This document shows positions 1 to 13,200 of a stretch of 64,000 nucleotides of DNA, one piece after another. The DNA lies in NCBI RefSeq assembly GCF_018350175.1, contig NC_058368.1, positions 117,554,001 to 117,618,000 on the forward strand, given 5' to 3'. Each line of letters begins with the position of its first letter. Position 1 is the first letter of the stretch. The DNA is from Felis catus (Eukaryota). The position numbers and the translations under genes were made by a program. The notes below the pieces were generated by a model. The model was not told the origin of the DNA, did not search any database, and worked only from the letters and a program-made list of their open reading frames with translations.

Positions 1-740
1 ATGGCCTCAGATCTACCTGCCCACCCATGATCGTGTCCACCTGAGACTGTCCAGGGAACCTCCCAGGAAAGCTGGAGCAGAGCCCAAGTCTGCCTAGACA
101 GTTCAAGGAAGCTGCCAAGCCTCTGCTGAGTCAGCAGACACCCGTCTACAGGCCCCCACCATGAGCTCACCATGAGAACTCCCACAGTACCTCTCCCCAG
201 CTTCTGGCTCCTCCATCAAGGTGATCCTCTGACTCCTCTCTTCCCTGTACCCTCTCCAACCTCTACAATGTTCCCTGTGGAGCCCCTGGTCTCCCTTCCT
301 CCTGAAGCCCCAGGCCTGTATGGTTTGACTGGTCCAGCCTGCAAATCTCCAAGTTGGGCTTCCCTTCAGGGTCACAGCTTCGGGTGCATCTGTGCATCTT
401 GTCTGTACTTCTATAAATCAGATGAAGACCAGAGTCTTCTGGCCACTCTGGACCCCCTCCTCCCTGCTCACCAGCTGCACAATGCAGTCAGGGCGAAGGG
501 GGTGGACTGGCAGAAACCAGCTTCTTTCTGAGGATGGAAAACAGAACTGCAGGAAATTAACAGGCTGAGAAATGTCTGCCTGGCTCTGTGTTTGTTTTGT
601 GCCCTCAGTCTTTCTCTCTGCAGCTCCCTCCTCCTGCCCCTGCCACCTCCATCCTGCTCCCCCCCCCAACCCCCACTACTCAGCGTGGGCGCCTGGGGCT
701 GAAGGTTGTGCAGCTGGGGCTTTACAGGAAGGTGCATCTT

Positions 741-742
<2 letters not shown>

Positions 743-778
<36 letters not shown>
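743..778. repeat. (TG)18 microsatellite
   Basis: Direct read. Confidence 0.95.
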
Positions 779-779
<1 letters not shown>

Positions 780-1381
780 ATGCGCTCAATGTATGTGTTT
801 CCATGTGTGTGTTTAGGGATGTCAGACCTGCCCCTCCTTTCGAGGCAGCTTAGCCAGAAACGCCAGCGGCAGAGACAATTGTGCGGGTGGGGATGCTGAG
901 CACAGAGCCTGTGGAGCCCGTGGGCAGGCAGAGAAGCACCACACAAGAAATTGATTCCATTAAAAAGTAATCTTAAATTTAATAAAAGTTATGATTTGAT
1001 TATAGCCACAGAACCTACAGGCAAGAGGGAAGGGGGGGATGGATTCCAGTGATGGATAAACAGAAAGAAAAAAAAAAAAACAAGAAGGCAGGGAGGAGGG
1101 GAGGAGAGAGAGATGCTTAGGTTTGGATGGATGAGAGGATGGAAAGACCTGGGGGTGGGGAATGAGACCATTTTCTCTCCCTCAGATGGAAGAAAAAAGC
1201 CTGTGGCTGGTTTCCAAAGAGGAAGCAGAGTGAGGAGTAAGTGAAGAGATTCAAAGAGCTCTTGGGAATAGGGCAGTTGGAGGAGGTTGGTGCTTGGAGG
1301 CAAGGCCAGGAGATGGGGTTATGCAGGAGGGATGTCCCCAAGACCTGGGGATGTAGGCAAGGAACACAAAACACCAATTTA

Positions 1382-1590
1382 GCAGTCAGACAGTCACTCC
1401 TGGGTTTAAATTCCAGGTCAGCCTCCTCCTAGCAGCACTACTTAACTTTTCAGACCCTCAGTTTCTTCATCTGCTAAATGGACCTATGGAGATAGTGTCT
1501 ACCTACACACCTCACAAGGTGGTCATAAGGATGACTGAAACCGTGCAGACGCGGTATCGGGCATCTCCTCGGCGCCCAGTAAAGTATCCT
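1382..1590 (+). mobile_element. MIR
   Basis: cctgggtttaaattcc...cctcagtttcttcatctg core. Confidence 0.7.
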
Positions 1591-1678
1591 TTGCTTCCTG
1601 TCTCTCCCCCTTCAGGGTCATCACCTCCACACTGCCCCCTCCCATTTGTTTGCAGGCATTAGTCAATCCTACTCCTTT

Positions 1679-1801
1679 AAAGAGAAAAAGTTTATTTATT
1701 TATTTATTTATTTAGTAATCTCTACACTCATTGTAGGGCTCGAACTCATGACCCCCAGATCAAGAATTACATACCATTTTGACTGAGCCAGCCAGGCACC
1801 C
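1679..1801 (-). mobile_element. Short tRNA-derived carnivore SINE (SINEC_old-like)
   Basis: Reverse complement reads gggtgcctggctggctcagtc...gagttcgagccc...gtgtagagattactaaataaa; imperfect TSD aatccta(c/t)tccttt. Confidence 0.8.
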
Positions 1802-2559
1802 TAATCCTATTCCTTTTTAAAAATTCTTTTTGCAGTGGTAGGGCCTAAATGGCCCCCATCTCCTATCTCATCATAGGGAGTTTATTCTTATACTTTGTCC
1901 TTTGCCCATCTCTCTAGAGCATGAATAAGGGCATGGACAAGGCAGGGAAGCCTCATGTTCTAGAACTTACTTCCATTATGGGCTAAGGGATCACCTGGAG
2001 GGCACATCTCCCTGCCAAATCCCTGATACCCGACCCACTCAGCCCAGAATCATGCTTAGGCATAGCGCTGAAACCCTCTGGGCGCTTGGGTGAAGTGTTC
2101 CTTGGGTGAGCCTGTGCAGGCCCAGCCCTCAGCCGCCATAATCAGCTCCTGTTATGCACAACATTCAGCTTTTCATGCAAGCTTCCTGTTAGTTCTTCCA
2201 AAGAGCCTGGGCCCTGTCTTCAAGCCGGGCAGAGGGAGCCAGGGGCCTGCAGGGTCAGCATCAGCACCCATGAGTGGGGCCTGGGCAATAAGCCAGGACT
2301 TCACTGTGAAATGCTAAGTGAGGAGAGAGCCAGAGATCCCAGCTACCCCAGAGTCCAGGAATTGGGAACCAGGAAATACAGTCATGGTAACAAGAGCCTC
2401 CAGGGGACACAAGAAATCATTCTTGGGATAATGTGACCAGTTCTGTTCAGTCATCTTCTCCCCTCCCAAGCTGTTTTTAGCATAGTAGTACCATCTGAAT
2501 TCTCTCTCACCCTTTGGCATGTTAAAGATACCTGCTGGTTCAAGAGATTGAGGAAGATA

Positions 2560-2710
2560 GGACTGGTAGTATCAGCTTCTCCATTTTACTGATGAAGAAA
2601 TTGAGGTCAGAAAGGGCAAGCCATTTCCCCTAAACCACACAGCTTGCAGTAGGTAGATCTGGAACTGAAACCCAAGTGTTCAGACTCAGATCACAGAGCT
2701 CATTCTTACC
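2560..2710 (-). mobile_element. MIR
   Basis: ccattttactgatgaagaaattgagg reverse core. Confidence 0.7.
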
Positions 2711-3639
2711 AGGCCCCCACAGCCTCCCCAACCAAGCCATCACTCATCATGACTACATCTACTGGAGCCCTTGTCACCATTGCTGTCACCAGGCTGCTCA
2801 GCTCCACCTCTTTTGCCCAACTCACCCCTTTGGTCCCTATTGTAGGAGTCTCTGGGCTTACACACTCATCTTCTTCCAGGAAGAGCAGCTCAGCTCAGTC
2901 TTGGGTTCCATGGCCCATGTAGTCTCCAGAAGGAAGGGTCAATGGCCCTGAAGCTTGGGAGAGGGGGCCTCAAGAGAGCAGAGCACAGCAACCTGTAGCT
3001 AAGGGGCCCTAAGATTGCTGGCATCTTTCTGGGACTATGGACACAATCTGGCCATTACCCCCAAAGGATGGCCACCCCCACCTGCTTTCCAGACCCTTCA
3101 CGGAACTACTTTCTCTTAAACAGAGATGGATGGGCCATGTCCTGGGCAAGGGTCTCCATCAGGGCAGCCCTTCAGGTTTCCTCGAGCATGCACCTTGGCT
3201 CCCCAAGACAGAGATCGCACTCTGCTGCCCGACCTCAATCCTGTCTGCTGCATGTATCCTTGGTCTGTTCTCTGTGCACATAGCATTCCATACTCCCTAT
3301 GATCAAATCCAGGCAGCCCACTTTTTTTCTTGAGGAAGGTTTTCTTCCTGCTCCTCTGCAGAGACAGAACTTGGAGGGCAGTGACCAGGGTAAAGGGATC
3401 ATTTAGTGAAAGTTTCTCCAGCAGATGACCCCCAGCCTATGTTCTCAAAAGCATATCTTCATGCTTTACTTGGAATGGTTCCTAGCTCCAAGTATTGTCT
3501 AGGTGACCTTTAGAAGGAGCCACCATGGAGTCCTGACTTCTGCGTGACATTTACTAATCACCTTCCCCAGCCTTTCCCCAGAGCTGGCCACCCAGGATGA
3601 ATGAAGTTGGGGGTCTATGCAGGGAAAGGGTGCTAACAT

Positions 3640-3870
3640 TACCCAAGAGCTCACTGTGTGCCAGGCCCATACTAGAGGCTTTACCTAGAGATGCCATCTG
3701 ATCCTCGCAACAGCTTTGTGGAGCAGCTCTTATGGTCCCCCACTTTGCAGTTAAGGAAACAACAACTCAGATAGGTTAAGTGACTTATCCAAGGTCACAC
3801 AGGAAGAAGATGACAGGGCCAAGATCTGAACCTGAACATGTCTGATTTGGAAGCCCATGCTCTTTCCACC
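3640..3870 (-). mobile_element. MIR
   Basis: aggttaagtgacttatccaaggtcacacag reverse core. Confidence 0.8.
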
Positions 3871-3954
3871 CCAGGTGGCTTGATCCCTGGATCATCCCCA
3901 GGGAGGGCTCCTTCACAGGCAAAAGGTCTCCAGTCCTACTTGGCAGTGTCTTTC

Positions 3955-4500
3955 ACAGTGAAAAACTCATACACACTTTGAGCCAACAATCTCTCTCCTA
4001 GGAATGAATCCTCAAGAAACACTCATATATGTGCACAAGATGTATTAGGTGTGCATAAGATGTGTTAGGTGTCCACTGCACAAAATGTATTAGATGTTTA
4101 GATTATATGTGCAACAGACAAAAATTAAAATTAGGGGTACCTGGCTGGCTCTGTCTGAGGAGGGCACAGCTCTTGATCTTGGGGTCATGAGTTTAAGCCC
4201 CATGTTGGGTGTAGAGATTAAATAAACTTAAAAATAATTTAAAACATAAAATATTTTTTAAAATATCCAAACAACCTAAATGTCCATCAGTAAGGGATTA
4301 GATAAATAAGCAGAATTACCATGAAGCTGGAAGAAAGGATGAGGCAGACCTTAACTGGACAGGATCGAAATCTCTCTAAAATAGCAAGTTAGGGGAGGAG
4401 AAAGACTGCATTTGAATCCGTGTATGTTCATACACATTGTATTTTATGTATGCATACATATTACATATATGTATTTTGTTTGTGTAGATTTTTTTCTTAA
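3955..4500 (+). mobile_element. Old L1 (L1M-type) 3' fragment
   Basis: Motifs ctcctaggaat..atcc and aaacaacctaaatgtccatcagtaagggattagataaataa, typical of L1 3' regions. Confidence 0.6.
4134..4250 (+). mobile_element. Short tRNA-derived carnivore SINE (SINEC_old-like), inside an L1 fragment
   Basis: ggggtacctggctggctc...tcttgatcttggggtcatgagtttaagcccc...gtgtagagatta plus A-rich tail. Confidence 0.8.
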
Positions 4501-4569
4501 GGCATCAATTGTTTCCCAGTAAGGGGAAGTGGGAAATGGTGGGGAAGTATAAAGAGTTGAATAACTTCT

Positions 4570-4752
4570 GGGGTGCCTGGGTGGCTCAGTTGGTTAAACA
4601 TCTGACTCTTGGTTTTCACTCAGGTCTTGATCTCACAGCTCGTGGGATCAAGTCCTGCATCAGGCTCTGTGCTGACGGTGCAGAGGCTGCTTGGGTTTCT
4701 CTCTCTCTCTTTCTCTCTCTCTCTCTCAAAATAAATAAACATTAAAAACAAA
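4570..4752 (+). mobile_element. CanSINE (feliform SINEC)
   Basis: ggggtgcctgggtggctcagttggttaa head, (CT)n, aaaataaataaa tail; TSD gagtt(g/a)aataact. Confidence 0.92.
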
Positions 4753-5682
4753 GAGAGAGTTAAATAACTCCCAGGCACCAGGAATCAGACCCTCCACCCT
4801 CGCTGTCTTTTTTAAGGCTATGTCCATCCTTTGACCCCAGAGGGTTCCAAGCACAGACATCCGTGTGCCTGTGACAAGGGAAGAGAGTTTCTTATCTTTG
4901 CTGGGCATGACTTCCTCCTGCCATCCCCATCCCCACCTGGCATCTCCTACTAGCAGTGCAGACAAGGCTCCAGGAGATCTTCTCCTTAGGTTATAATCAA
5001 TAGGTTTTCCATACATTTTGCTACTCCAGGGTAAGGGGGAAAGTTGGAGTCATCCGGTGATGTGTTGGAGTTGTGCAACTCCATGTCCTGCCCCATGTAT
5101 GAGCCAAGCTTGTGACTTTGTTCCTCTTGTCTCTTGTTCATCACTAAGTTTAATGTTCTGTAAATGAGGTGAAATCTGGGGACATCTGATAAGGAAGGGT
5201 TTGGGAAGATGCTGAGTGCATGTGATCAGCAGGGATTGGTTGAATGTTTTCATTTGTCTTTAAATATCTGTCTTGGAATGAAGTTTACATCATAAGAGCT
5301 GTTAGCAGGGACATCCGTTGCACCTGGGTGCTGACCGTCAAGATAAACTCCAACTGACCATGACTTCCTCCCCACGCCGTGCAGATCCACACCGCATACA
5401 CACTGGGGGTCAGATGGACTTCTGTCATTACACAGACAGATACGATAGCTTGTGTACCAGTACAAAAGTTTCCACCCCACCTCAGATTGGCCCACCTGGA
5501 GAATCAACTTTGGCTGTGTGTTCTTTCCAATAAATTCTGGTATCCTGCTTCACTGTTGAATGTAGTTTCAGTGATCTTCATGCACTCCCCACCCCCCACA
5601 CATACACCCCTGCTTTCCCAACAGACTCTGTCCTCATTCCTGCAGGTACTTGTCTCTCCCCCTCTCTCCTTTGTTTCTCTAA

Positions 5683-6185
5683 GCTGACTTAGAGTCTCTT
5701 GGATAAAAATCCAACTCAAACTGGCTTAAGCTTTTTTATGCACATAACTGAAAAGCCCAGCTGTAAACTTCAGGCATAGCTGGATCCAGGCACTTGATCA
5801 TTTGGCATCTGTCTCTCTCCAACTCTCAGGTCTGCTCTCCTTTGTGTTAGATTTACTTTCTGGTAGCTCTTCCCCAAGTGTTTTAAATAGCATCAGCCTT
5901 AAACCTACCAGGGTGGTAAACCCCATAGAAAGCACACCTTTTCCAATGGTTTAGTGCTGATCATACTGGATCACCTTTTATTGAATCATGTGGCCCAGGG
6001 ATGAAAGGCACAGATGGGCCAGCTCCAGTCCTGAGCTGCACCCTGAGATCTCGGCTAGTCGGGGGTAAAGTCAGCCCTTCCTAAACCACATGGACAGAAG
6101 TGAGGAAGGGATGGTTGCCTAGGGAAAATATGGGTGTGCTTAGCAGCAGAAGGAAGGTGGGAAAGTGGGATGGCAAACCAACATG
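5683..6185 (-). mobile_element. ERVL-MaLR solo LTR (MLT1-type)
   Basis: ccaactcaaactggcttaagc...ataactgaaaagcccag...cttcaggcatagctggatccagg, characteristic of MLT1J/K-like LTRs. Confidence 0.7.
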
Positions 6186-8053
6186 GTGCTGACTTGGAGG
6201 AAGGCTTCACTTGACCAGTTCTTAGTTGTCTCTCTTGAAAAACTGGGTGTGGCATCCAGATGGATTCTCTGTTCTTGGACGTCTCACAGCCTTGGGCAGG
6301 CGACCTGGGTTAGAGCAGCTCCCACATCTTTCAATGTCATTGCCATTCTTACCACTCCTTTCCCTGTTTCTGCTCCCATTGGAGACCCTGTGGTATAGAG
6401 CCAGGCAGGGAGGGAGGTAAGAGAAAGGAAGAGATAAGATGGAAATGAAGAGAAGGAAAGAGAGGCAGAAGCCCAAGAGCAAACTTACAAAGCTGTGCCA
6501 GTGCTGGGCGCCTTGCCCCCCCCCCTCCCTCCCACATCCCCCAGCCTATGAGTGGTATGTCACAGCTTAGCTGTGCCAGCACCCTGGATGGGCTGGGCTC
6601 CAAGCCCCCACTGCTTTGTCAGGGTATCATTATCCCTATTCTGCAGCTCTTGTCACCTGGAGGTTCTTTCTTCTCCTCTGGCCCACACACGGAACCTGCA
6701 CACAGGTGCCTCTGTGTTTGTCTCCTGTCTGACACCTCTTAATTGCCACCACCTTTGGGGCCCTCTCCATGGCTGCACAGCCAGTGCCTTTGCCCCGATG
6801 TGTGCTATCCCTGTCCCAAACCCTTTTCCCCTCCTCTTGCCTCTTTCTGACTGGCTTCTCTAGGACTAGAGAGACAGCCAAGACCTCTGCTCCAGGGAGC
6901 CTCCTTGTCCTCCCTGGGAGGGCATTGGTGGAGAAGCCAGAGCTCAGGGGAGGCACAACCAGGCTCCTGGGCACATCCACTCAACTGACCACCCGGTAAG
7001 AACTGAGCAAGCACCCAGTGTCTCATCTGTGATATCCACAGTCTTCTCCACAGCTTCAGATTAGCTGCTCCTTTACTTGTTATCCTATGCAGAAGACCCA
7101 CTTTCCCTGGGTCCCCTGTCTTTGTCTAGCTGTGTAACTTTTCCTGGGGTTTTGGAGACAGCAAGGGCCCTGAGTGAGATCTGCCTCCACTTCACTGTGG
7201 AAACCTTGGACAAGTCTCTTGCCCTCTGGGCTCCTCAGTTGCTCCACAATGAAGAGGTTGAAACTAGATCAGGGAAGTAAATTCTGGCACACATGCCACC
7301 ATTTCTAATCCAGTGCCCATGGCAGACATTGCTAATCAATAGTAGCACTCTGTTCTCAGGACACACTCCAGGCAGCTGCTACTCATCATTCAGCATTAAC
7401 TCGTGACTTGAAACTTCTTTGCCACTCTGGGCTGGTTGATCTCTAAGGGCCCTTCCAACATTGACAGTCAAGGATGCTTTTGGCCTGGTTGAATCAATAT
7501 CACTCCCCTCACTTCCCATTTCTCCCTCCAGCTCATTCTTTTGATCATCCCCATTCCTCTCCCTCTCTCTTCTTGCCTTATTTCTAAGCTCCTGTTGCTG
7601 AGTCCATGTAAACCCTAGATGATGTCTGGGTCTCCAAGGTTCTGTTTACTGTCACTCAACTGCAAGCTCCTTGAAAGTTACATTTTCCAGGCAGTCACAC
7701 TTACATATGTTGGGTGGTTCCGTGGCATTGGCTCTGGGGAGGGAGGCAGTGATAGAGACACCAGAGATAGTCAGAGGAGGAGCAGGGGTGATGTGACCAG
7801 AGAGATATTAAGAAAGAGATAAAGCGTGGGCAGACAGAGGGGCTAGAGTTAAATTTATGTATTAAGACCATACTGGTAGAAATACGGAGGGGCAGTTTGA
7901 ATGGAATTTATCCTGGACCCCCAAGGTCACAGTGGGAGGGAGGACCAGGTAGGATCTAAAAGAGAAGGTCAAAGGGGGCATGTAAATTAGTTGACAAACA
8001 TTAAGTGGGCAAAAGGATTCTTTGATTCGAAGGCGCTATTAAGAATTGTGATA

Positions 8054-8189
8054 GGGGCAACTGGGTGGCTCAGTTGGTTAAGTGTGGGTCTTCGGCTTAG
8101 GTCATGATCTCATGGTTTGTGAGTTTGAGCCCCGCATTGGGCTCTGTGCTGACAGGGCAGGCAAAGCTTGCTTGGGATTCTGTCTCTCC

Positions 8190-8251
<62 letters not shown>

Positions 8252-8310
8252 GCCCCTCCTCCACATGCTCTTTCTTTCTCTCAAAATAAATAAATAAACT
8301 TAAAAAAAAA
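8054..8310 (+). mobile_element. CanSINE with expanded (CT)n
   Basis: Head, (CT)n and A-tail; TSD aaga(a/g)ttgtgata at 8041 and 8311. Confidence 0.93.
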
Positions 8311-8735
8311 AAGAGTTGTGATAATGATAGGGACTTTTGGTGGGCGCTTCCTGCATATAAAAGCATCCAGTAGTTATTGATCAGAAGAGTTTGGTACAAG
8401 AAGGTGAGTGCTGGCCAGCAGCCAATTAGAGGCTAAAAGCAAAGCCTCACCAAAATGGCAGGACATGTCTCTTCCATCAGAACTGCTTAGAGCAGTTTCA
8501 GAATTTCAGGAAGTCCTGCCCACTTTATCTGAGGAGCATACGAACATGCACAGGGGCCAACCAGCTGGGAGAAGAGTGACCACAAGAAAACCACGTATCT
8601 GCGGGCCTGGGTTCAAATCCCAGTTCATTTACTTACTAACTGTGAGATTATGACCTCAGATTTCTCATCGTTAAAATAAGGATAAGCAACATCTAACTCA
8701 TAGGGTCATCGTAAATGTTAAATAAGAATGTGTGT

Positions 8736-9084
8736 TGGGATTGGCCAGCTGGCTCAGTCAGAGTGAGCAACTCTTTTTAAATTTTTTTTTCAACGTTTTT
8801 TATTTATTTTTGGGACAGAGAGCGACAGAGCATGAACGGGGGAGGGGCAGAGAGAGAGGGAGACACAGAATCGGAAACAGGCTCCAGGCTCTGAGCCATC
8901 AGCCCAGAGCCCGACACGGGGCTCGAACTCACGGACCGCGAGATTGTGATCTGGCTGAAGTTGGACGCTTAATCGACTACACCACCCAGGCGCCCCCAGA
9001 GTGAGCAACTCTTGATCTCAGGGTCATGAGTTCGAGTCTGTAGAGATTACTTAAATAAAGAAATAAACTTAAAAAAAAAAAAAA
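8736..9084 (+). mobile_element. Short tRNA-derived SINE (SINEC_old-like), interrupted by the 8776-8996 SINE
   Basis: The two halves rejoin as gctggctcagtcagagtgagcaactcttgatctcagggtcatgagttcgag...gtagagattacttaaataaa; TSD aagaatgtgtgt at 8724 and 9085. Confidence 0.85.
8776..8996 (-). mobile_element. Young Felis-type CanSINE (SINEC_Fc-like), nested in an older SINE
   Basis: CpG-retaining copy (cacggaccgcgag, gagcccgacacggggctcgaac); 17-bp TSD cagagtgagcaactctt at 8759-8775 and 8997-9013. Confidence 0.95.
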
Positions 9085-10069
9085 AAGAATGTGTGTGAAG
9101 TACTCAGCACAGTGTCAGGCTTGTGACTGATAATAAACAGTAGCTGGTAAGTTGGTGATGCTAGCCAGCATTATTATGGTGGGTGATGACCCATCTAAGG
9201 GGTCCCAGGAGTGACCGCCTAATCCACTCACTTTATATATACCAGGTGCTGGCCTGTTTACCTGTGTTACCAACTTTACTGGTGTGATTCTCCCGGGCAC
9301 ACCATCTAATTCCCCTATGACAGATATATCGTGTCTAAACCGAAAAGGCTGCAATTCAAAATGCCTGCTCTTGGGTGGGGATTACCAATGGTGTAGGACG
9401 AGCTGGACAGCTCCCCTCGGGCCTGAGAGGAAGGGCTGGTTGTTGCCTACCACGCAAAAGCCAGGTGTGGAGAATAGCGCCAGGGTTGGGTGACCGGGCC
9501 TGGGAAGGGGCTCCAAGACGCTGGCAAGAGGGGCTGCTTCTCAAGTTAGTCTTTGTCTCCTTCGCAGTCGTGCTGTGGGCTTCCCAGTCCAGGCTGCCAG
9601 CCTGCTCAGCAGCCCCTCCTTCGCGAAAGGAAATGGGAAGGCAAACAGAGTTTGTGCTGCTGCCTGTGAGGTTGCCGCAGGAGTCTGCCTGGCTGGGGTT
9701 AGCAAGGGCCAGCCAGGCTGTGGGCCAGCGGTGGGGGTGCTGGGGACCGGGATCCCAGGATGAGGCTGATGGGGCAGCTCCCCAGATCCCCCCAAGCTGA
9801 CCTCTGCCGTTTTGCTGAGGCTTGAACTGAGGTGGTACGAATGGAATGAGCCAGGGCCCGTTGAACCCCGTGTGTTCTGTGCATGTGTCTGCCAACATGC
9901 AGAAAGAAGGCCCAGGCCAGGTGGGAAGAAAGCCCAGCCTCCCGGCAGGCTTCTACCCGCAGGACGTGAGTGGTGCCCACTTGAGCCTTGACACCACAGT
10001 TATTTTGAAGATGCCCCATCAGCAGGGCACCGTGCCCTCAGGCCACGACACAGAGCCAAAGAGGAAAAG

Positions 10070-10290
10070 CTAGGGAGTCACACAGCCATGGGTTCGGATC
10101 CCAGCTTTGCCATTTACTAGTGTGACCTAAGGCTAGCGCCGGCTCTGTGAGCAACCTGTGCCTCAGTTTCCTCCCCTATAAGTTAAGGGTAATAAAAATG
10201 GGCTCCTGACAGGATTAAGTGAGAATGATGCATACGTAGTATTTGGCCCAGGTCTGGCACAGAGCAAGTGCTTGAAAAATATTACTATTA
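10070..10290 (+). mobile_element. MIR
   Basis: gggttcggatcccagctttgccatttactag...gtgcctcagtttcctc. Confidence 0.75.
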
Positions 10291-13200
10291 TTCTTCTAAT
10301 TATGACCATTGTTCATGAGGTCCCAAGATGTGTTACTGAGCAGTTACACAAATTCCAGCCCAGGAAGTTCATCAGGCCCAGTGTGGGAGTGGATCTTATC
10401 AAATCCAGTGTGATTTGGTCCTCGTCCTTCTGCCACCCTGAGGAAGTGGCCGGGACCAGTCATAGAGGAGCTGAAGTATCCCTGCAGGACACTGAAAAAC
10501 CCCTTCTCCCGGGGCCACCTGATCATACAGCTGGGAAACAGAAAGAGATCTCAGATGATGCCCCTCCTTGACCCCTTCAGCCTTTGTCCTGGCCAGGGTC
10601 CACGGGGAGGCAGAGGGATAAAGAATACATGTGCTGCCCATGGTGGCTGTCTGCCTACTCCTGGGAAACTGAGCAGGGACTAGGCCCAAACCTGCTGGAA
10701 TTTCCCTGGGTTTCAGTCCTGACAGGATGTCAGAGCTGGCCATGGCAAGAGACAGCCTGCTAGTTCTCCAAGCAGTGAGAAAGCAGGAGGGGAGCCATCA
10801 CTTACGATTTCAGACAGAGGAGCCCATGAGGGGCCCCCACACCCTCTCTTTTGGGGCCCATCCTCCTCCTCTTGCCTTCTTTCTCTTTAGGAACAGACTG
10901 TGTTCCTGTGTTTACCTGAGAGGCAGGGGGTGGGGGCGTTGCTGCGTCTGGGTATTTCTCCATATGTGGGTCCTTTCTCCACCCCGGCGGATGCCTGGGC
11001 TGGACTGTATATTTCCGGAGTTGCCTACTTGAATCCCAAGCTTTTATTTTTAGAAGATTACAAATGCGGGGGCTGGGAGGAGGGGCCTGGGGGCCCAGCG
11101 CCAGGGTGGGGGAAGAAGTTCAGGGGTCTGAATATAGTGACTGTGGGACAGAAGTGAAGTTAGGCACTAAGGGGAATAAGTGAGATGGTGGGGAAAATGA
11201 GGTGAGGAAGTAGGGAGATCCCACTCTACTAGTGCCCTGGAGTGATGATCAGAGTCTTTTCTGGCTGGGCTGGGTTGGGGGGAGAGGGGAGGGGAGGCTT
11301 GTGGAGGGGGATGGGTCAAGGGTCACCTCTTAGGCATGTAGCTGGATCCCCAGGGAGGCTGAGAAGCCTGGGAAAGAGACTGAGAAAGTCTCCCTTCCCC
11401 CTCCCTGGGCCTTGGGGACTGGGAGAGCAGCTTCCTGCACTGACTACTCCTACTCCTCAGGCCCCCCAGGCTGGGGACTGGCCGGGGACAGCTTAACCCT
11501 TCTGGTGCTGGTATCAGGGAAAGCAGAGAACAACACAGAGGTGCGCACATCTTCTCACACGGGTGGCCCCCACAGGTGCAAGCTTCCTCTTGCTGTCCTG
11601 CTCAATACACTCATCCCTGGGTCCTGACCCCACAGCCCCAGATGGCCTGAAGCGGCCAGGATTCAGGAGATTCTTTCCTCCCAGAGCACAGAGGGAAATG
11701 GGGGTGCCGACCCCAGGGATGGTTGGCACAGCATCTGCTCCTTCCCCAGTGGGTGAACCCAAAGCTTACAGGGTTAGTAAGTCCCCATCCTACAATGAAG
11801 GGGAGGCCCTGGGCTGAGAGGAAACTTCAGGTCAAGCCAGGAGACCTGGTGTGCCTGCCTGTTTCTGTATAACCTTGGGTAGTCACTTAACCCTCCGGGC
11901 TTCAGATGCAGCCTCTGAGAAACATGAGGAAATTAGACCAGAATGGTCTTTCATTCCCTGGAGTTCCAAGACCAGGGCAGCCCTAAGTTCCCAGACACGG
12001 AAGTTCAGGGCCTTCCTCTCCACCTGTTCCATGAAGGCAGGAAGCCATTTGCTTTCTTCAGCCCTGAGTAAGCGTGCCCAGCGTGGTGCCTTGCACATAC
12101 TCCTCCAACTAGCCGTGATAAACAAGTAAATAGATGAATGACCCACCCTTGACTTACAGACTTTTTCCACTGTCTCCTCAAGAGCATTAGACTAAGAGTC
12201 AGCAAGACCTGGCCTGGGTTCAAATTCTGACTGTTACTCACCAGCTGTGAGGCTTGGGGGCACAAGCCCTTCCAAGCCTCAAGTGTATTTATCTGGAAAA
12301 TAGGGGCTAGAAGTAAAACACTTACCTTACAGACTTGTCAGGATTAAATCCAAAGAGCTTTTGTAAACTCTAAAGTGATTATACAAAAGCAAGAAGCACA
12401 CTGTTACCGGTAATATTGTTTTTAATCCTAGACCTGGTTCAGAGGGATGGTTCAAAGGGATGGTGGTGTTAAGCCTGAAGGATCTTGATAGTCAGGTAGG
12501 TGTCTAACCTCTCCAGGCCTCACTTTTCCCATCTGCAAAATGGGGATTATGATCGTGCCTACAGCAGAGGGTTGTTGTGAGTGTCAATGAGAGAGTACAT
12601 ATACAGGGTTTGCAGAATCTCTGGCACGTGGCAATCTCCACAAATAGTGGCTGCTATTATTTTCACCTCCCCTCTCCATTAATTCTTCCAGCTTCCTCAA
12701 CCCCAGCCTCCCACCTGGAGGAAGTGGATCTTTCACCCTTACCTTCTGTTCATGACTGCAGATAGTGGATGAAAACATCTAGCAGAAGAAGCTGCCTTCC
12801 TCACAGTCCTTAGAGGGGGCAGAGCAGGAGTGAGTGTTGCTGAGGAGAGGCCAGAAGATGAGGGCAGTGTGTGTGTGGAAGGGAGGAATGGGGGTCGGAG
12901 ACCGTCCCAGCACCCTCCCCAGCAACCCAGGATTGAGGCCACTCCGCCTGCCAGGCTGGGCGGCAGTGATGTTGGGAGCTGCTTATCAGGTTAGAGCGGA
13001 GCCGCTGTCTCTGGCTGTCTCTGCACATTACCCAACCCATCCGTCCCGCTCTCCAGCGCGCCCTGCCTGCCCCCAGCTCTGCCTGCGCTAACTAGTTAAT
13101 TGGATCTTAGCTAACCTGGTTATGGGCCAAGTCAGCCCAGCTCCTCTGCCTCCAGAAGCACAGGTGGGGGCAGGGCAGAGCGCTGTGCATGTGTGTGTGC

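Larger units (their letters stand above)
8601..9145 (+). mobile_element. MIR hosting the nested SINEs
   Basis: cctgggttcaaatcccag...cctcagatttctcatc...[insert]...tgaagtactcagcacagtg. Confidence 0.7.

Noticed and set aside
4031..4097. About 20-bp triplication gtgcacaagatgtattagg
   Set aside because: Local slippage duplication inside a decayed L1 fragment.
8736..9084. tRNA-like A/B-box sequences here and at other SINE heads
   Set aside because: They have A-tails and TSDs and lack an intact cloverleaf, so they are tRNA-derived SINEs rather than tRNA genes.
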